A stretch of 64,000 bases of DNA, taken from Oikopleura dioica (taxonomy: Eukaryota; Animalia; Chordata). This document shows positions 27,798 through 41,955 of this stretch, piece by piece; position 1 is the first letter of the stretch, and every line of letters starts with the position of its first letter. The notes beneath the pieces were generated by a model. It was not told the origin of the DNA. It was given only the letters and a program-made list of their open reading frames with translations, and searched no databases. The translations under genes were made by a program, and so were the position numbers. The stretch spans positions 682,001-746,000 of the forward strand of contig OU015568.1 of the NCBI GenBank assembly GCA_907165135.1. The letters run 5' to 3'.

Positions 27798-28986
27798 CTA
27801 GCTATCGGCAGCATTTTTATTCCAAATAAAATTCGTAAAATCGTGTTCAGAGAAACCAAGTAATTTACATTTTTGCGATTGTGTATCTTTCTCGGTCGAG
27901 CATTTTTCTTGTGCGTCTTGTCGTTTGACTCGTAGCGTTTCGATTTCGTTCTTCATTCTATTTTCTCCAAAGTATTCTATAGCAACTTCAAAATTTTGGA
28001 GTGCTCGCGAATAAAGAGTCGAATCAGCAAGATTCCAGGATTTGATCTTTTTCTCGAGTTCTAAGTTTAAAATCATAGCTGAAGAAAATAGATTTTTACC
28101 TCGAGAAATTGTTAAATTATTCTTCGAGCCAACATTTTTCGAAAACACAAGAACATCTTCCCAATCCCAGCAAAATTTCTCCTTCACCAAAATCAAGCTC
28201 TCGTCAAATCTGTCAGAGATCATGATGAAGTCAAAGTACTCGATCGTCTTCTCCACTTTTTCGCGAATTTCAGATTCATTCGAAATGTCATTCGAAAAAC
28301 CAAGGTCGAAGAAGTTGGAGTTTTTCGCCATCCATTGCCCCCAAGATTTTCTAGCGAAGTATTTTCGCGGTGACTTGAAGAATTCTTCAAGGCCTGAAAT
28401 GCTTTCTTCGAGGTCCTTTTGCAGGCTTTCGATTTTGAAATAAAGCTTGATTCGCTAGAAAATTAGTCAAGCCGGGCCTTGAATGGGGCAATTTTATGAA
28501 AGAAGAAAAAGTTGCTGACAAATTGCTCTACTGGGTTTCTTAGAATCGTTATTCTCGTCGCATTTGGCAAAACTTCGTTTATATCTTCGGAGAATCGAAC
28601 ATGGCTGGCGATAAGTTGTACTGGAGTCGGAGTTTTTTGAAGCATATTTTTATTGAAGAAATGTGGGTACCCGAGGAGATGGTGCTGGCGACCACTTTTT
28701 GGAACGCCGATTGTGAGGTTGTGTCGGAGTCCATAGCTTTAAATGGCTTGTTTATGAAAAAAACAAGCAGGTTATACCGAAAAAGAAGATTTTGAACGGT
28801 AGATGACGCTGTTTTGTGAGTTTTCATGAAAAAAATCGACCTCGGTTGATTCTTGCAGATTTTATCTTCCTCTTTTATTGGTTTTTTTTTGATAGAATTC
28901 TCTAAAATATTGTCTGTATAAATTTTAAAAACAATCAAGGCCACTACAAGAATTTGGGCAAAAATTAATTTAATTCTAGATATCAT
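27798..28986 (-). CDS. Galactose-3-O-sulfotransferase (GAL3ST family), ~4 exons
   Basis: Type II TM segment; PAPS motifs FMKTHKTASSTVQNLLFR and ITILRNPVEQFVS; FDLG and FDESLILVKEKFCW. Confidence 0.92.
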
Positions 28987-29232
28987 TTCTTTTTTCAACC
29001 TCTATGGAAATTTCAACGCGCTCTAGCGGAAAATAGCCCCAAGGCTTGTTCAGCGTATCTTTTTTCAACCCTAACTGGATTATCGATTGCCGAAATGAGA
29101 ACTTTTATTTTGCTGGTATAGTTTTATTCCACTGAACAGTTTGCATTGGTTTGAGCTTGAAGTCACAGTTACATTTGTACAAAATATGATTATGGCAAGA
29201 ATGAAAATTTTGAAAATATAAAAATTTCGATT

Positions 29233-32200
29233 TTATCCATTTGTTGAATAAGAATCGCTGAGGTTTTCGCCGGTAGAATCGGGTTTCTTTCGCTCTGGGC
29301 CAAGAAGTCTCTTTGCTTTTTGTCGCCTAAAGATTTTGTATAGCGAATTTTCTCAAAAGTTCTCTTCCTTGATATCAAGAAGATTTTTTGCCGAGAATTT
29401 ACCTGTTACAGAACCAAACTCTAACGACTTCTTTTTCGAGCTGAAGTTGCTCAGCGACGTTGGTGATTTCTGCTGCTGATGGTTTTGGTTGCTTGACGAA
29501 TTCCATTTCAAGGGCATTTTTGGTGGAGAGCTCGATTGATGTTCGCTTCTTTCTTTTTCGGCCTTGGAACTAAAAGGAATTTGGATAATGGGGAAGTCAA
29601 ACGAAAAATTTTTCGGCTATTAGAGTTGTTATTTTTTTGTCTCTTAAATGAAGGCTGATTAATCTATATTTCCACTTAAAGTTTTGATTTTATAGTTTTT
29701 CAATTCTCAGCTCTAGAATTCCAAGACAATCATTACCTGTTGATTTAGTTTATCCCCTCCAATCGAAGGCATTCCACCAGTCGCCGAATCCGCCTCATCG
29801 AGCCACCTGCTCAGCAATGGCTTCAACTTGCACATATTCTTGAACGACAGCTAAAACGAAAAGTTGAAAAGAGTTAGAGAAAATGTTCTGGGAAAGAAAT
29901 CAAGAGGGTGAAATTAGCATTTATAATGTTCTCTCTCAAAACCACGTGAGACACTGCGGACTTCACCCTGCGGTGATGATCACACCCTTGGCAAAAGCTA
30001 ATTTCCATAAGCTTTTGTAGAAAGAGAAAAAGCGATAACTTTACCTGGAGAGCTTCAAATCGGCAGATTGTCGTTTGGGAGAAGACGTTTCCGTAGAGCG
30101 TGCCCAAAGCGAGTCCGACATCGGCTTGGGTGTAGCCGAGCTTGATTCTTTTTTGCTTGAAGTCACGTGCGAACCGTTCTAGATCGTCAGTACTGGGCTG
30201 TTGGTCGTCGCCGAGACTGAAGAGATTCTAAAAAATGGGTTAAAAATGATCGTAGATGATCTTTTCTCTGAATTGAATACTTTGAATTCATAAAAAAATC
30301 CGCCTTGATTAAGTATTATCAAGTACCTGTGCAGCAAAAGAGTCATGGAGTCCGGCGCCGAGGCCACTTCCGGTGTAGGGATTGGCGTAGTGCGAATAAG
30401 GATGGGCGGCAGCGGCGGACATTTGACTCGCATACCACGAGTCGCCGCCTAGACCGGAGGCGGAAGCTGCTGCTGCTGGCCACGGAGAGGCCGAAGAGGG
30501 CCACGCGCCAGACGGGTTTGAGTTGCCCAATGAGACTCCGGCTGAAGCAGCCGCCGCTTTCATCGAAGGATCGAGGCCGAGACCGGAGTGGCTGAGCGAA
30601 GAGACTGGCACTTGAGGGTAGAGGGACGAGAGAGATGAAGTTTGAGGCAGCGCCGAGGAGCTGGGCTCGGTCTTGGCAGACAAAAAGGCGGTCGAGTAGC
30701 CAGTTGGCGACCCCTCGTTGGCCGTGGAATGTGACGAGGTCGGAGAGTGCTGCGGAAGAGCGCTGCTAAAAGGGGAAATTTTAAAGTATTTCCATGTGAA
30801 TCAGTGCTTTTCACACAAAATGATAATTTCGGAATTTGGTGTCATGGAAAAATTTTTCCTCAGAAAAGGTCTCATATTTCTACTCAGTCATAAATGATTT
30901 TCATTCCGTCATTTTTCCACTGGGAAAAATTACGATGGCATAGAAGAATCATTTTATTGCTTTATCATATTTTTCCCTTACCTCATGCTCAAAATCGGCG
31001 TTCGGGGAGAAGCACAATCCGGCGCGGCTTGATTTTGCGACCAATTCGAGAAGAGGCCATGATTCTGGGAGGGAATCGTGGATGACGCTTCATTATTATT
31101 ATTTGCAACCGGGGTCTCGTTTGGTACCAAACCATCCTCAAGACGATCCGAATTTATTCCGGCGGCATCTGCGCCTGGCACATTTGTCGATCTTGGCGTG
31201 TGGCCGGGCAGCACCTCGGCAGGCGTGGCTTCGGGGGAGACGATTCCTAAATAAGGGGGTAAAGATGACAGAATAATACGAGGCTTTATTGCAACGAGTT
31301 TCTAGTTCTTACTTGGCTGAGTTTGAATCGAACTGGGAATCATGGAGGTATTCGTCGGAGTACTACAATTTGGCGGTGCCGTTTCCATCGTTGGTGGAGG
31401 AGTCGTCGAGTTTGGCAAATGATGCGAAGCGGATAAAGATGAAACCACCGGAGCAGCCGTAGCCGCGCTTCCAAGCGAAAGCCCCATATGGGGGGATGAA
31501 GAAGATCCAAAAGAAGGCGTGAATAAATTTGGCGAAGAAACGCCATTCTGAAATCACAAGTCAATGGGATTGTTTGGCCTATTGATCGGGTACAGGTTGA
31601 GGGAAATTGATTGCGAACCGCTTTGTAAAAAAATGCCTGTTCTGATGTACAGTGTATTGTTCAGGACACTTGGGCACGGCAGGTGAAATTCCAGAGAGAG
31701 GAATTTCGAGGAGCTCCTTGTTCGCGAAAATATCAGTAGACTGCATTCCTTAAATTTCTAGAGCTACAGGGAGCCAAAAAATAGCTCTAAAGCTACGTGT
31801 CTACTTTCAAGACCAAAATTAAGGGTTTCAACACCATAAAATACTTTTTGGGATAATTTTGCAGCAGAAATTATTTCAAAATCCTGATGTAAATTTTCAT
31901 AATTTTCGATAAGAAAAATAGACCCACGTTAAAAAGCGGTATTTTTTTCTGCCTCTTTCCGCACTTGTCCTAAATTGTGGTCTAAATGTCCTCGTTGGTG
32001 GTGCAAAAAGCGGAAGGAGCTTGCGGCCGGCACTTTCGCTCTCTTTCGGTGTTGGAAAACGTTTTTGTTTACACTTCCGCCCCGTTAGTTGCTCACTCTG
32101 TTGATAAACAGAAACAACTACAAATCCTATCAGACCTGTCAAAACTCCAACGAGGATCATCTGAAACAAGGTTTTTTTTCTCAATCTTTGATGCCGACAT

Positions 32201-32667
32201 TGCCAAGTTTCTTTTGAAAAATAACGGAAAAAATTTCAAAAAATTAAAAATCAAATGAAAAATTAATTAAATAAATGTCGCAAGAATGACGCGAAATACA
32301 GTCAAATATCAATCACTGATCGTCCAGCCTTCTATATTTCATTTCATCATGGACCATGATTCATGGTGATCAAAAATTTCCTTTCGAAAGAGATTGAAAA
32401 TCAATTTCTACGCGCACTCAATTCTGGTCCCCCAGAAATTTCAATCAAATTCATTCTCTAAAATTTCCAATGCTCCAAATTTTGATCTATCTGTACCTGA
32501 TAATGATAGTTCCACTGATCAGCCAGGCTTCCATTAGTCGCTGCTGCAGGACCGCTGAGGCCATAAGGGTATCCAGCTCCGTAACCGAAGCTCGTAGTAT
32601 TCGCACCGTAGCCGTAAAAATCCGGTGTTTTTATCAGCCCATCGTTGGGCTCCGTCTTGAGCGACAT
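29233..32667 (-). CDS. POU3: POU class III (Brn1/2/4-Oct6-like) homeodomain transcription factor, ~8 exons
   Basis: Spliced POU-specific domain [48 protein letters not shown]|[13 protein letters not shown]; homeodomain [10 protein letters not shown]...PKPSAAEI...[15 protein letters not shown]|RQKAKR. Confidence 0.93.
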
Positions 32668-35600
32668 CTGTTTGTTTCCGCCTGTAGAATTTGTATTCTC
32701 TCTCCCTGTTTGTCTCTGTATGTAGCAGAAGCGTCTCTCGTTTGATGTTAATTTACAATTTGCACTAGACTTGGAGGCAAATTTATGGAAATGTTTTCTG
32801 TTCTTCCGATATGCTAATCGAAGGAAATTTGAATTTGATTCAAAAATTGAAATTCAAGAGTTGTTAATTTATTCCTCGATTATGAAAAATCAAAAATTGG
32901 AGCGAGGACTTTTAACAGAGAGATCCGCTAGCGTTCTACAACTCCATCAGTCCTTGGTCTCCAGCGAGGGCGCACGCGAGCCCGGCCAATGAGAGCCCGC
33001 GACGGGGCGGATCGGTAGGTGGCGCGCTTGGGCAGAAAGGGGAAATGGAAGAACTGGTACTGAAAAATGAAGGGAACTTGGTTTAGTGTCAAGATACTGA
33101 TCAATATCAGATTGAGGGGGAAATATTTAGCAAGTTATCATCTTGGCTTAAGTTAACAAGTGTTTTTGGAGGTTTTTTTCTGTTAATTTTTGATTTTTTA
33201 TCGAAAAAATTTTATTTGAGATCAAAAATTACAAATTGAAGATTCTTAATTGCATAAAATTCAATCAAAAACAGTCTTCTTTTACTGAAAATACAGTTAA
33301 AACCTGGATAACCGTCCTGAAAGCGAGAAAAAATGTCTCCTTTCTCAAATTTTTGATCATTTTTTCTAGCTTTTTTGGCAAAATTATCAATCAAAAGAGC
33401 TCCGAAGCATGTTGAAGTGAAAATTTATAATCCTCGGCTGCTCCCTGTGAATAATAATCCTTCGCCAAGTTCACAAAAAACGTCGCTCGTGAATACTAAT
33501 TAGTCGCTTGCTTTTTTTTTCCTTCACGTCATACGATTCATTTCCATAATTTCTCGTCTCTCTATTTCTTCCCTTATTACGCGAGGCTTTCCTCGAGAGC
33601 ATTTGATTGAGCATTTGCTGTCTAATATATTGATGAATTCTATCTCTGTGGTCAGGGGTTGATTGTAAAATTTGATTTTGTTTTGAGCGCTTTTACCGCG
33701 CGAGACGGCAGTTATGAATATCATTACAAGAACTTGGAGGGGAATTTATATAAGAAAGCCAATTTATGGGTTCCGAAAGGTGGTTAAAAGTCGTCCTGGA
33801 AATTAAAAACGCGGCTTTGAGTCTAAATAAAAAAGTTATTAGCCGCGTTTAACGCGGCTTTTTCGATCTTTTTGCTCGAAGCCGCGAGCGGCTTTTCGAC
33901 TCGAATGTGTTTTTCTTTCTGTGCAGTCAAAAATGATATTTTTATGAGACAATTTTCCTCAGAGATAAAGTTAAGGGGATTGGAAATATATATGGCTTCT
34001 TAAAAATTGATCCTTTGGGACCCCTGATCCCTTCCGATGGTGATAAAGAATCGACACTTTTTGGACGGGCCCCTGCTGGGTAATAATAAGCTCCACTGGG
34101 GTTCCGAAAACGCAAATCCTGGAATCCACGTGCAACTTTGAGTCTAAATCGATACTGCTCCAAACTTTACTGACTCCCTGCTCAACTCCCTGTCGATTTG
34201 CTCCGAGATCTTGATGGCAGGAGAAGCAATGGGATAATGTTTCCGAAAGGTGTCTAAGGAAACGGGTTGAACTTGAAAATTCAAACAATGCGTTCACTTT
34301 TGAATCTCCTTTTCATATCATTTGCATCTTGAGCAGGCGCAACGTGCCTCGCCGCTGAACGATTACGTCGTGTAGCGCATTTTTGATTTTTTAAAACTCA
34401 TCTTCGAAGCTTTAAATTTTTCCTGAGATTTTCTTTTCTTAATGAAACTTTCGCCTGAAGAATCTTAATCTACCTAAGAGATGCAGATGAACTTTTTCGT
34501 AAGCTAGAAAGTTAAGATTATGCTTTGCTTGTCAATTCAAAGATTTTATAAAGAGATACCCTTATTCGAAAGCAATAACCCAAAAAAGATATCAGTAGCA
34601 GTTTAAACTTGAATATGACGAGTAAAAATAAGGGTGTCACTTTAATAAATCTCGTAAAAATCCTCTTAGACTTTCAGACCCGATTTACCGTAGTGATACC
34701 CTTATTTCACTACACCAAATTCAAGTTTAAACCGATATTGATTTCTTTATTATATTATATCTTCCAAATAAGAGTATCTCTCAAGAAAATTTATGCTTCA
34801 AAAAGTGATCTTAATCTCTTTACCAAATCTGACAGAATTGTCTTTATTAGGGAAAACAATCTGCCAGAAGTAAGAACCTTCTTTTCTAGCGATAAGCGGA
34901 TCTCAATTAAGGTGATACCCGTTGTTTTTTGTTTAATTGTTTATTTGGAAAAGTTCTCTTCGTTCGTTCCAGGGGTCGCCTCGTCCGTGAAATCTGGAGC
35001 AAAACCAATATGCTTCAAAATGATGCTCATTATTCATGGCGTGCTGCCTAAAGTAGCGGAGGTATTAAGCGTCTTACGTCCTAAGCGCTTTCACCAGTGT
35101 CTCTTTTTCTGAGATTGAGCTATTTAGTTCTAGAGCCCTAAGATGAAGCAGTGATACTGTCATCTCAAAAGAAACCCGGCAGAAGAAGAAAACCCCCCAC
35201 TCGGACAGAGAGAGCACTTTGTTAGATTGGCGAAAAGTGTCAAAAGCTTGGGTGGAGTACAACTTTCTAGCACCAAAACGCGTATGTCGCAGAAGTGCAC
35301 GAGCTTGTTACACATGGCCACCGCCAAATTATTATTCAAGGAGTCGAGAAAATGATCCTTTAGATCCTCTGGGAGATGATCAGGATAATTGGCAATAAAA
35401 ATCAGAATCAATTTTGTTTTTCTCGGCATTTTCTTGGATTTTGTAATGACGGTTATGATAATTTTGATGATCGTAATAAATACAAAAGCTCGTAGACGGC
35501 GAAAAATACGTCAAGATCAAGATGTTCATCGAATAATTTCAACTGATTATGAAAAAGGGCACTCTGAACACTGGCTCTAGAAAAAATCCCAAATGATGAA

Positions 35601-38512
35601 AGAAGCTCTAAAGAAGATATTTAGACGCAAACAACACGGTGCCGTGGTCACGTGCGCAACTTTTCAAGAGTTTTTGAAAAAACTCGAGGGCGGCGTCTCT
35701 CAGAGCCGGCCCAAGTGGCACTTTTCAGACGCAAATCTGAAACAGGAAATCACATGTTCCGTGCAATTTCCGCTTGGGAACCAGTCGAAGGGAAAGACTT
35801 TTTTCTTGAGTGAGAGGGATGTTTTGATCACTTGTAGGGTTTCCAGCTTTGATTTCTTGGAAAAAGAAGGCTCCGAACTGATTCATTGAGACGAGAAGCC
35901 GCTTGCGGCTTCGAATCAAAAAGAATTTTAGCCGCGCAAAGCGCGGCTTTTCCGTTTTTTTTTTTTGCGCGGCTAAAATTCTTTTTGACTCGAAGCCGCA
36001 AGCGGCTTCTCGATTCTTAGCAATTCTTCGGACTAAAAATTGATTGAATTTGACTTTGAACGAAAAACAACAATCAAAAACGATGTACAGTAGTACTGAG
36101 AATAGTTGTTGGCGTCGAATTTGGTGTAATCTCGGTGTTCTAGCAGGTGCGGCGCGTCCGGGCCCGGGCAAGAGCAGTGGAGGTGCGAATCTGATCATGT
36201 CACTGAAGTGACAAACACCAAGCGCGACTTTCCCTGTTGACAAAAATATAAACAACGTCAACAGATAAACGTAAATACCCGTTAACTCCGATCGCTATCG
36301 CCTGTACCAAGTATTCCCCTTTTTCTACTTCTGAAAAAACAGAAAAGGAAAAAGCGCTCATTAGCGCGTAAAATTCAAATCGATTTCCCTTCATTAGCAC
36401 CAAGTCGATGTAATCAGATTAGCTCGCAGCAGAAGCTTCCGACATTTCAAATCCGAAATCCACCCGGAATCGAATACACACATTCAAGATTTGTGTATAT
36501 GTTACACACACTTCCGAAAACAGATTGATAAAAACTTTCTTTCTCGAATCGTCATATCAAAGAATTTTTGGTGCCACCATAATGCTACATTTTCTAATTA
36601 AATTTGGGTATTTTTTTCTATTTGAATAATGACTACCAAAACTCACAAAATAACGCTGTTTCCTAAATGTTCTGAAGAAGAAAGGTTCTTTATTTTTTCA
36701 AAAATCTTTAGCAAAAAATTGAGAACAATCACTATCTCAACCCTTTTAGCATATCAATGATTCTACCGACCGCACTTTCGCCTCGATAGCGTAGTCTCAG
36801 GTCACCAAATTAGCATTAACTTTTCCTCCTGGGATCACGGAATTTCCCCTCCTTGTCGTTCTCCACCTATCTTCGCCACCTTATCTCTTCCTAGAGAGAG
36901 GGAAAGAAATGATCCAATTAAGAAAATCATCCAAAAAAAGAGAGTCGGGATCAATGAGTTGTTGATTGTTTGAATTAGTAGATTTGCATTTTTATCTAAG
37001 AATTTGGAATAGCGTGAAATAGGCTCGGCTTTGAACCGCCGAAATGGTAAATCATGTTTTGAATAATAATGGACCTGTCAGAAGAAACGAGCGGAAAAGT
37101 CCAGTACCACGCGTTCTTCTTTCCTTTTTGGGAGCGTTAAATTTCCCCGGTCACTCTTTTTAGTGGTGCGTGGTCCATTTGGATGACGTTTGGCGGTGGC
37201 TGCTGGTGCCGATTCTAAATTCGATCAGGCATCCGCCACCACCACCAAGGAACCGCCTGTCAGTGTCCGGTCACCGGAGCAATTAGTCGCACTGACAAGG
37301 CACCACTTCTGCGCGCGGGCGAAAGAACAAATCTAGTTTTCAACCAAAATCTCAATTCTAGAGCCCGGTACTGGCATACCCTTCCATTTCCCAACAAAAA
37401 AGCGTGGAAGCCGACATTAGCATTCTTGATTTTATCACTCGAGTGTCAGAAAGAGTGAGCTCAACCGGGCGGGTGAGGTTTTGTGCTGTCGGTTTTTCTC
37501 CTAATCCCGTGCTGCTGATCAAAGAGACGCCGCCGCCCCCGCAGAAGCACCAAACACGATTATTTTTTCTTTGTCAAGTGGACTTGTGCAAGACTCAATC
37601 AGCTGGAGAACGGGAGGGGGCTGAGGAGGATGATTAGGTCAACACTTGGAACTTCTATCAGATCACGTGACCTCAAGGTTGAACAGTTATTGTTGGTAAT
37701 AAACATTAACACCGGGCTAGTGATTAAATTGTTACTGTAACAGCTCATAATAGATAAATTTTTTCACTTTTCTGGAAAATCTGAAATTATATATATCAAA
37801 AAATTTTTGAAATTTTATGGTTTATCCAAAATCTCAAATTTTTCCGGAAATCCTGAAAATTTCTTCAATTATTTTTTATCGGAAGTAAACAATTATATCC
37901 GTTCAGATTAGTGCTCTTCTCCCGTGGCGCTGGCTGGATCACGTGGCTGAATCCGGGGGCTGAGAAAGTTTACCTTGCTAATCAATTGCATAATGAGCCA
38001 AATACGGTCGAAAGTTGCCAGTTTTCACAAATTGGGCAGCGCGGCGGGGTGGCTACTTCCGACTCTCACGCCTTTTTTTCCTTCTTCCAGATTCAATAAA
38101 TAAACTTAGCCCAAAAAGGGATGCTTCGAATGATACACATTTTGGGACGAAAATCTTGGAGACATTCCATTTGACTATCTTGGATAACCTTGGAGATTGG
38201 ATGGGCCCTCGATCTTTACGATTTTTCGAGGTCGCGGAATTTGAAAAAGCGAAGTGGGTTTTAGCAGCGCGCTTCCTGCGCCGCTCAAATTCCAAAAAAT
38301 GCACTTCCGCTACGCCCTGGCTCATGTCATGACATTAAACAACTCATTCCCCGGCGCCTTCTGTCTCAGGATTGTTTTATCGTTTATTAAAGGAATTTTC
38401 ACAAAAATATTCGCGGTTAATAAATCTTTCAAATTGCTCCTTTCTCAGTTTTCTACGCACAGAGTTTCCCGCCTTCAATGTTTTTCGTTAATATCCTTAA
38501 ATTTCGAAGAAC

Positions 38513-39791
38513 TTACATAAAACCATTTTCGTTCAACGAAACCAGTTCCCCATGAACTCCGATTTCGAGCTCCTCATTTATGGCTGCTTCTGTGTGAATT
38601 TTCCAAGCAAGTCCTTAATAAAATCCTTATCATGATAAATGTGGGAGCAGTACCATGTTTTTCTGAGTTGCAAAGCTTAATGGGCTCTTCTTCAGTTTCC
38701 AACGATTCCCTGTAGCTTTTGATCGTCCAGCCTGGCAAAAACTCTACTCTAGGGTATTTGCCATATTGTTCAAACCAAATTTCTTTTAGATTTTCTAAAT
38801 AAATTGAACCTACATGCGAAACTAAGCGTTAATCTAACCTGGAAAGTTTCCTTTTAGATCAGGTCTAAATCCCCATTCAAACTCAACGTCGTTCATAATG
38901 ATATAATCCTCAACGTAACCCTTTGAAACATTCAATATTTCACACCGAATATCTTCTTGTCTCTCCACCCATTGTATTTTCGCGACTTCTGGGTCGCCGA
39001 AAATCGAGTCGTTTGCACAAATATAACTGTATGTTTTGCCAATTGGATCCGCGAGCACTGTTTGAGGTTTTACGGTGGAAGAAAGATCGGGAAGATAAAG
39101 GCAGCTATCTAATAAATAAGCCAAGGTATGTTGCCCGACCTTCATCAGAACGTACTGACGATCGTCGTCAAAGACCTTCTTCCTCTCAGCCTAAATTGTT
39201 GAGAAAAATTATGCTCAAGAAGTGGGACCTAACCTCAAGAAAGCTAAGAATCGCAGCACTGCCATTCACTCCATTTTGATCAAAAGAAGCGTCGAGAAAA
39301 AATGTCGGCGGTTGGTCATCATCCTGATCAGAAGTCTTCATACCTGACCCCTGTGCTGTTGAGCGAGCACCTGAATCTCCTAAGTAAGGGGTTGGGCCCT
39401 CAGGATAAGGATGCGAAATAATGTCCTTCCAAGTAATATTGGGTGTTAAAATTTTGAATATATTCCTCGGAAAGGTCAGTTTTTTCTTCATTCTTTTTGA
39501 GAGCAAATCGCATTGTTCTCTAGCATCCTCTTTAGTCATCGTCTTATTTGAAACATATGCAATTCTTGTTGAATTCTTGATGAAAATTTCCACCCTTGTC
39601 CATTTATTTCCATTCGTTCGTTCGAAGATATCAAAAATTCCAAAAAGATCATCCATCCAAATCTCGCCATCATCAGTGGTTCCTTCTATTCCACTTTGTT
39701 CTGCTTTCATCCAGAAGAAAATGGTCACGCCGATAATGGCGCAGGCAGCAATGGCGAAAAAGGTTGATAAAAAAAGAAATATGCGTTTCAT
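38513..39791 (-). CDS. Multi-exon type II membrane protein, weakly C-type-lectin-like
   Basis: N-terminal TM IFLFLSTFFAIAACAIIGVTIFFW; YVSNKTMTKEDAREQCDLL; co-oriented ORFs 39186-39803 and 38834-39145; last exon ends ENGFM*. Confidence 0.55.
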
Positions 39792-40648
39792 TTTTTTTCT
39801 CAAATGAAAGATTCATTTCATTTTTCTTCACATAGGCAACGAAGTGTGTTTTATTTGACTGGTCAACACCTTGATAATAAAACAATAAATAATAAAATAT
39901 AATTATATGATTATTTAATTTTACCGACAAGTAGCCATTGCTAAAGGTTTTGAAGATTTTTTAGGGTTCCATTATTTTGGACAACATAGCTCGAAGCTCA
40001 GCAATCTGAGTTGAAAACCTGAGTCAGGTTCTGAGTCAGACAAAGCGGGTTCGGAGCATTACCATTCAGAACCTGGCTCAGGTTTTTAACAAAGGTTGCC
40101 GAGCCCAGACATTCTTTTTCTAGCGCTGCGGTAAATGGGATTCCGGGGAGCTACGAGAATCGCTACCGGACAATAAAACACACTTGAAAGTTGACCAAAT
40201 TACTTACTCCCTAAAGTGACGCGCTTCTTTTGATCCTGGACGCGCCGATTTGTCTGGATTTATTAAAGTGACACTTGGAAAAGAAATGTTCGCCTTGAAA
40301 CTGACGAAGTTGGATCAGTTAGGTTTATGGCACTTGGGGAGGTATTCGATTGTGTACAGATATTTTTGGCTTTTCGCGAATTTCGCGGTTTACGCCCAGC
40401 GCTGTCCTCGATGCAAATGAGAGTGAGCCAGCTGGGCGAGAATCAAGCACCGCCGTACACACTCTAGCCACCCTCAGCGCGCGTATACCCGGCGATGTTC
40501 TACTACCAAAAATTTCGCACCTGCTGGACAATAGAGAGCGAACAAGGAGAGAGCTGATTGCTTTTTCGAGAAGTTTGGAAAAAAATCGTTGTTTTTGTGT
40601 ACTCACGTGGAAAGAAATGAAACAAAATATGAAGGAAATAAAATTTAA

Positions 40649-40947
40649 GGACCCCCCGTCAGCTTTTTCCTTCGAAAAATTAAAATTTTCAAAAACACCA
40701 TATTTTTGGTTCTTTATGCGTCTTCAGGTTAAACTTCCTTCAAAGACTTGATAAGAGGCATTTTTGACCTAGAAAATCAATATTTTTGCCAAAATTTTTA
40801 AATGCAATTTCGGGGTAAAGGAGTCGAGATATACCCCCGAAAATGATGCCTGAAAATCGTTTTTGACCTATAGAAAGCATTTCCGGGGTCATAATTATGA
40901 AAAGCCGATTTTTCATTTTTCAAAAATTGTTGATGTGGGGGGGTTCC
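40649..40947. mobile_element. Degenerate TTAA-flanked MITE (Kolobok-like)
   Basis: TTAA-GGACCCCCCGTCAGC ... GTTGATGTGGGGGGGTTCC-TTAA. Confidence 0.55.
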
Positions 40948-41955
40948 TTAAATGATAAGAAAAAAAACGAATTCGAAAGAAAAAAAATGCCTAAAAGGGC
41001 AAAACAAATCTCATTTCGGAAGTGTCCTTTGACAACTGTCATCAAGTGTCACCGCGAAAAACCCGATAATGTCCGGCTGATCTTGTCCCACCCCGAAAAT
41101 TTTTTGCTAGAAAAAATCTTCTCAAAAGTAAAAATTTGCAAGAAATCAAATTGGCGCGCAGTCAAAGTATCGTAGCTCGAACGAAAGAGGGTGGTGGAAA
41201 CAACAGTGTATGCAAATGTTCTACTTATGATTTTAATTGGCTTCCTGAGCACGGGAATGAATTGGGATACTCAAGGAAACCACTTGAGCAGATTGAGCTC
41301 GAGATCCTCCGCCGAACGGATTCCACTTTTCCGAAAACAAATGTTACAAGCGCGCACTTTTCTGCAATTCACAAATTGACAGCTGCAGTTGAACCTTTTT
41401 TTTCTAGCGACATTGATTTTGATAAACAGTCAGTTTAGCCGAGAAACTCTTCGAAAAACTCATCGGAATCGCCATGATCAGAATTTTCTTGAAACATTTG
41501 TCTCGAATTGCTCATGCATTTGCGATAGCACTCTTCGCCTGAAAATTGAAAGGTGCAATTTTCCCTACTTTTCGAAACTTACTGGTTCTGGAAAAAACTT
41601 GAGCGACGAGAAGCGAAAAAAGGATGAAGTTCATCAGGAATTGAAAAGTCTTATAAGGAAACTGTATGGTTCAGCGACTGTAGAGCTGTTTAAGTAGGCA
41701 AGAAATTACTGTAATATTCATTAAACATGACATTGACGACTGCCATTTTTGCCGATACACTTGTTTTACTTGCTATGACAGCTGAACTTAGTTCTGATGC
41801 AAAATGACCACGCGAAAAAGTAGACTTTGTGCAAAATCTTTGACTTTCAAAATGATTTCGCTTTCATTTTTTATAAAAATAATCTTATTTATTAAAATAG
41901 TAGTAGTGACACTCGTCATTTGATGAGTATAAAATACAGACATGTGTGTTTTTTT

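Noticed and set aside
34960-35890. Short ORFs upstream of POU3 that might form a gene
   Set aside because: No consistent spliced model or recognisable domain could be built
40897-41697. Overlapping short plus-strand ORFs downstream of CCDC39
   Set aside because: Frames are interrupted and show no recognisable homology; a small gene cannot be excluded
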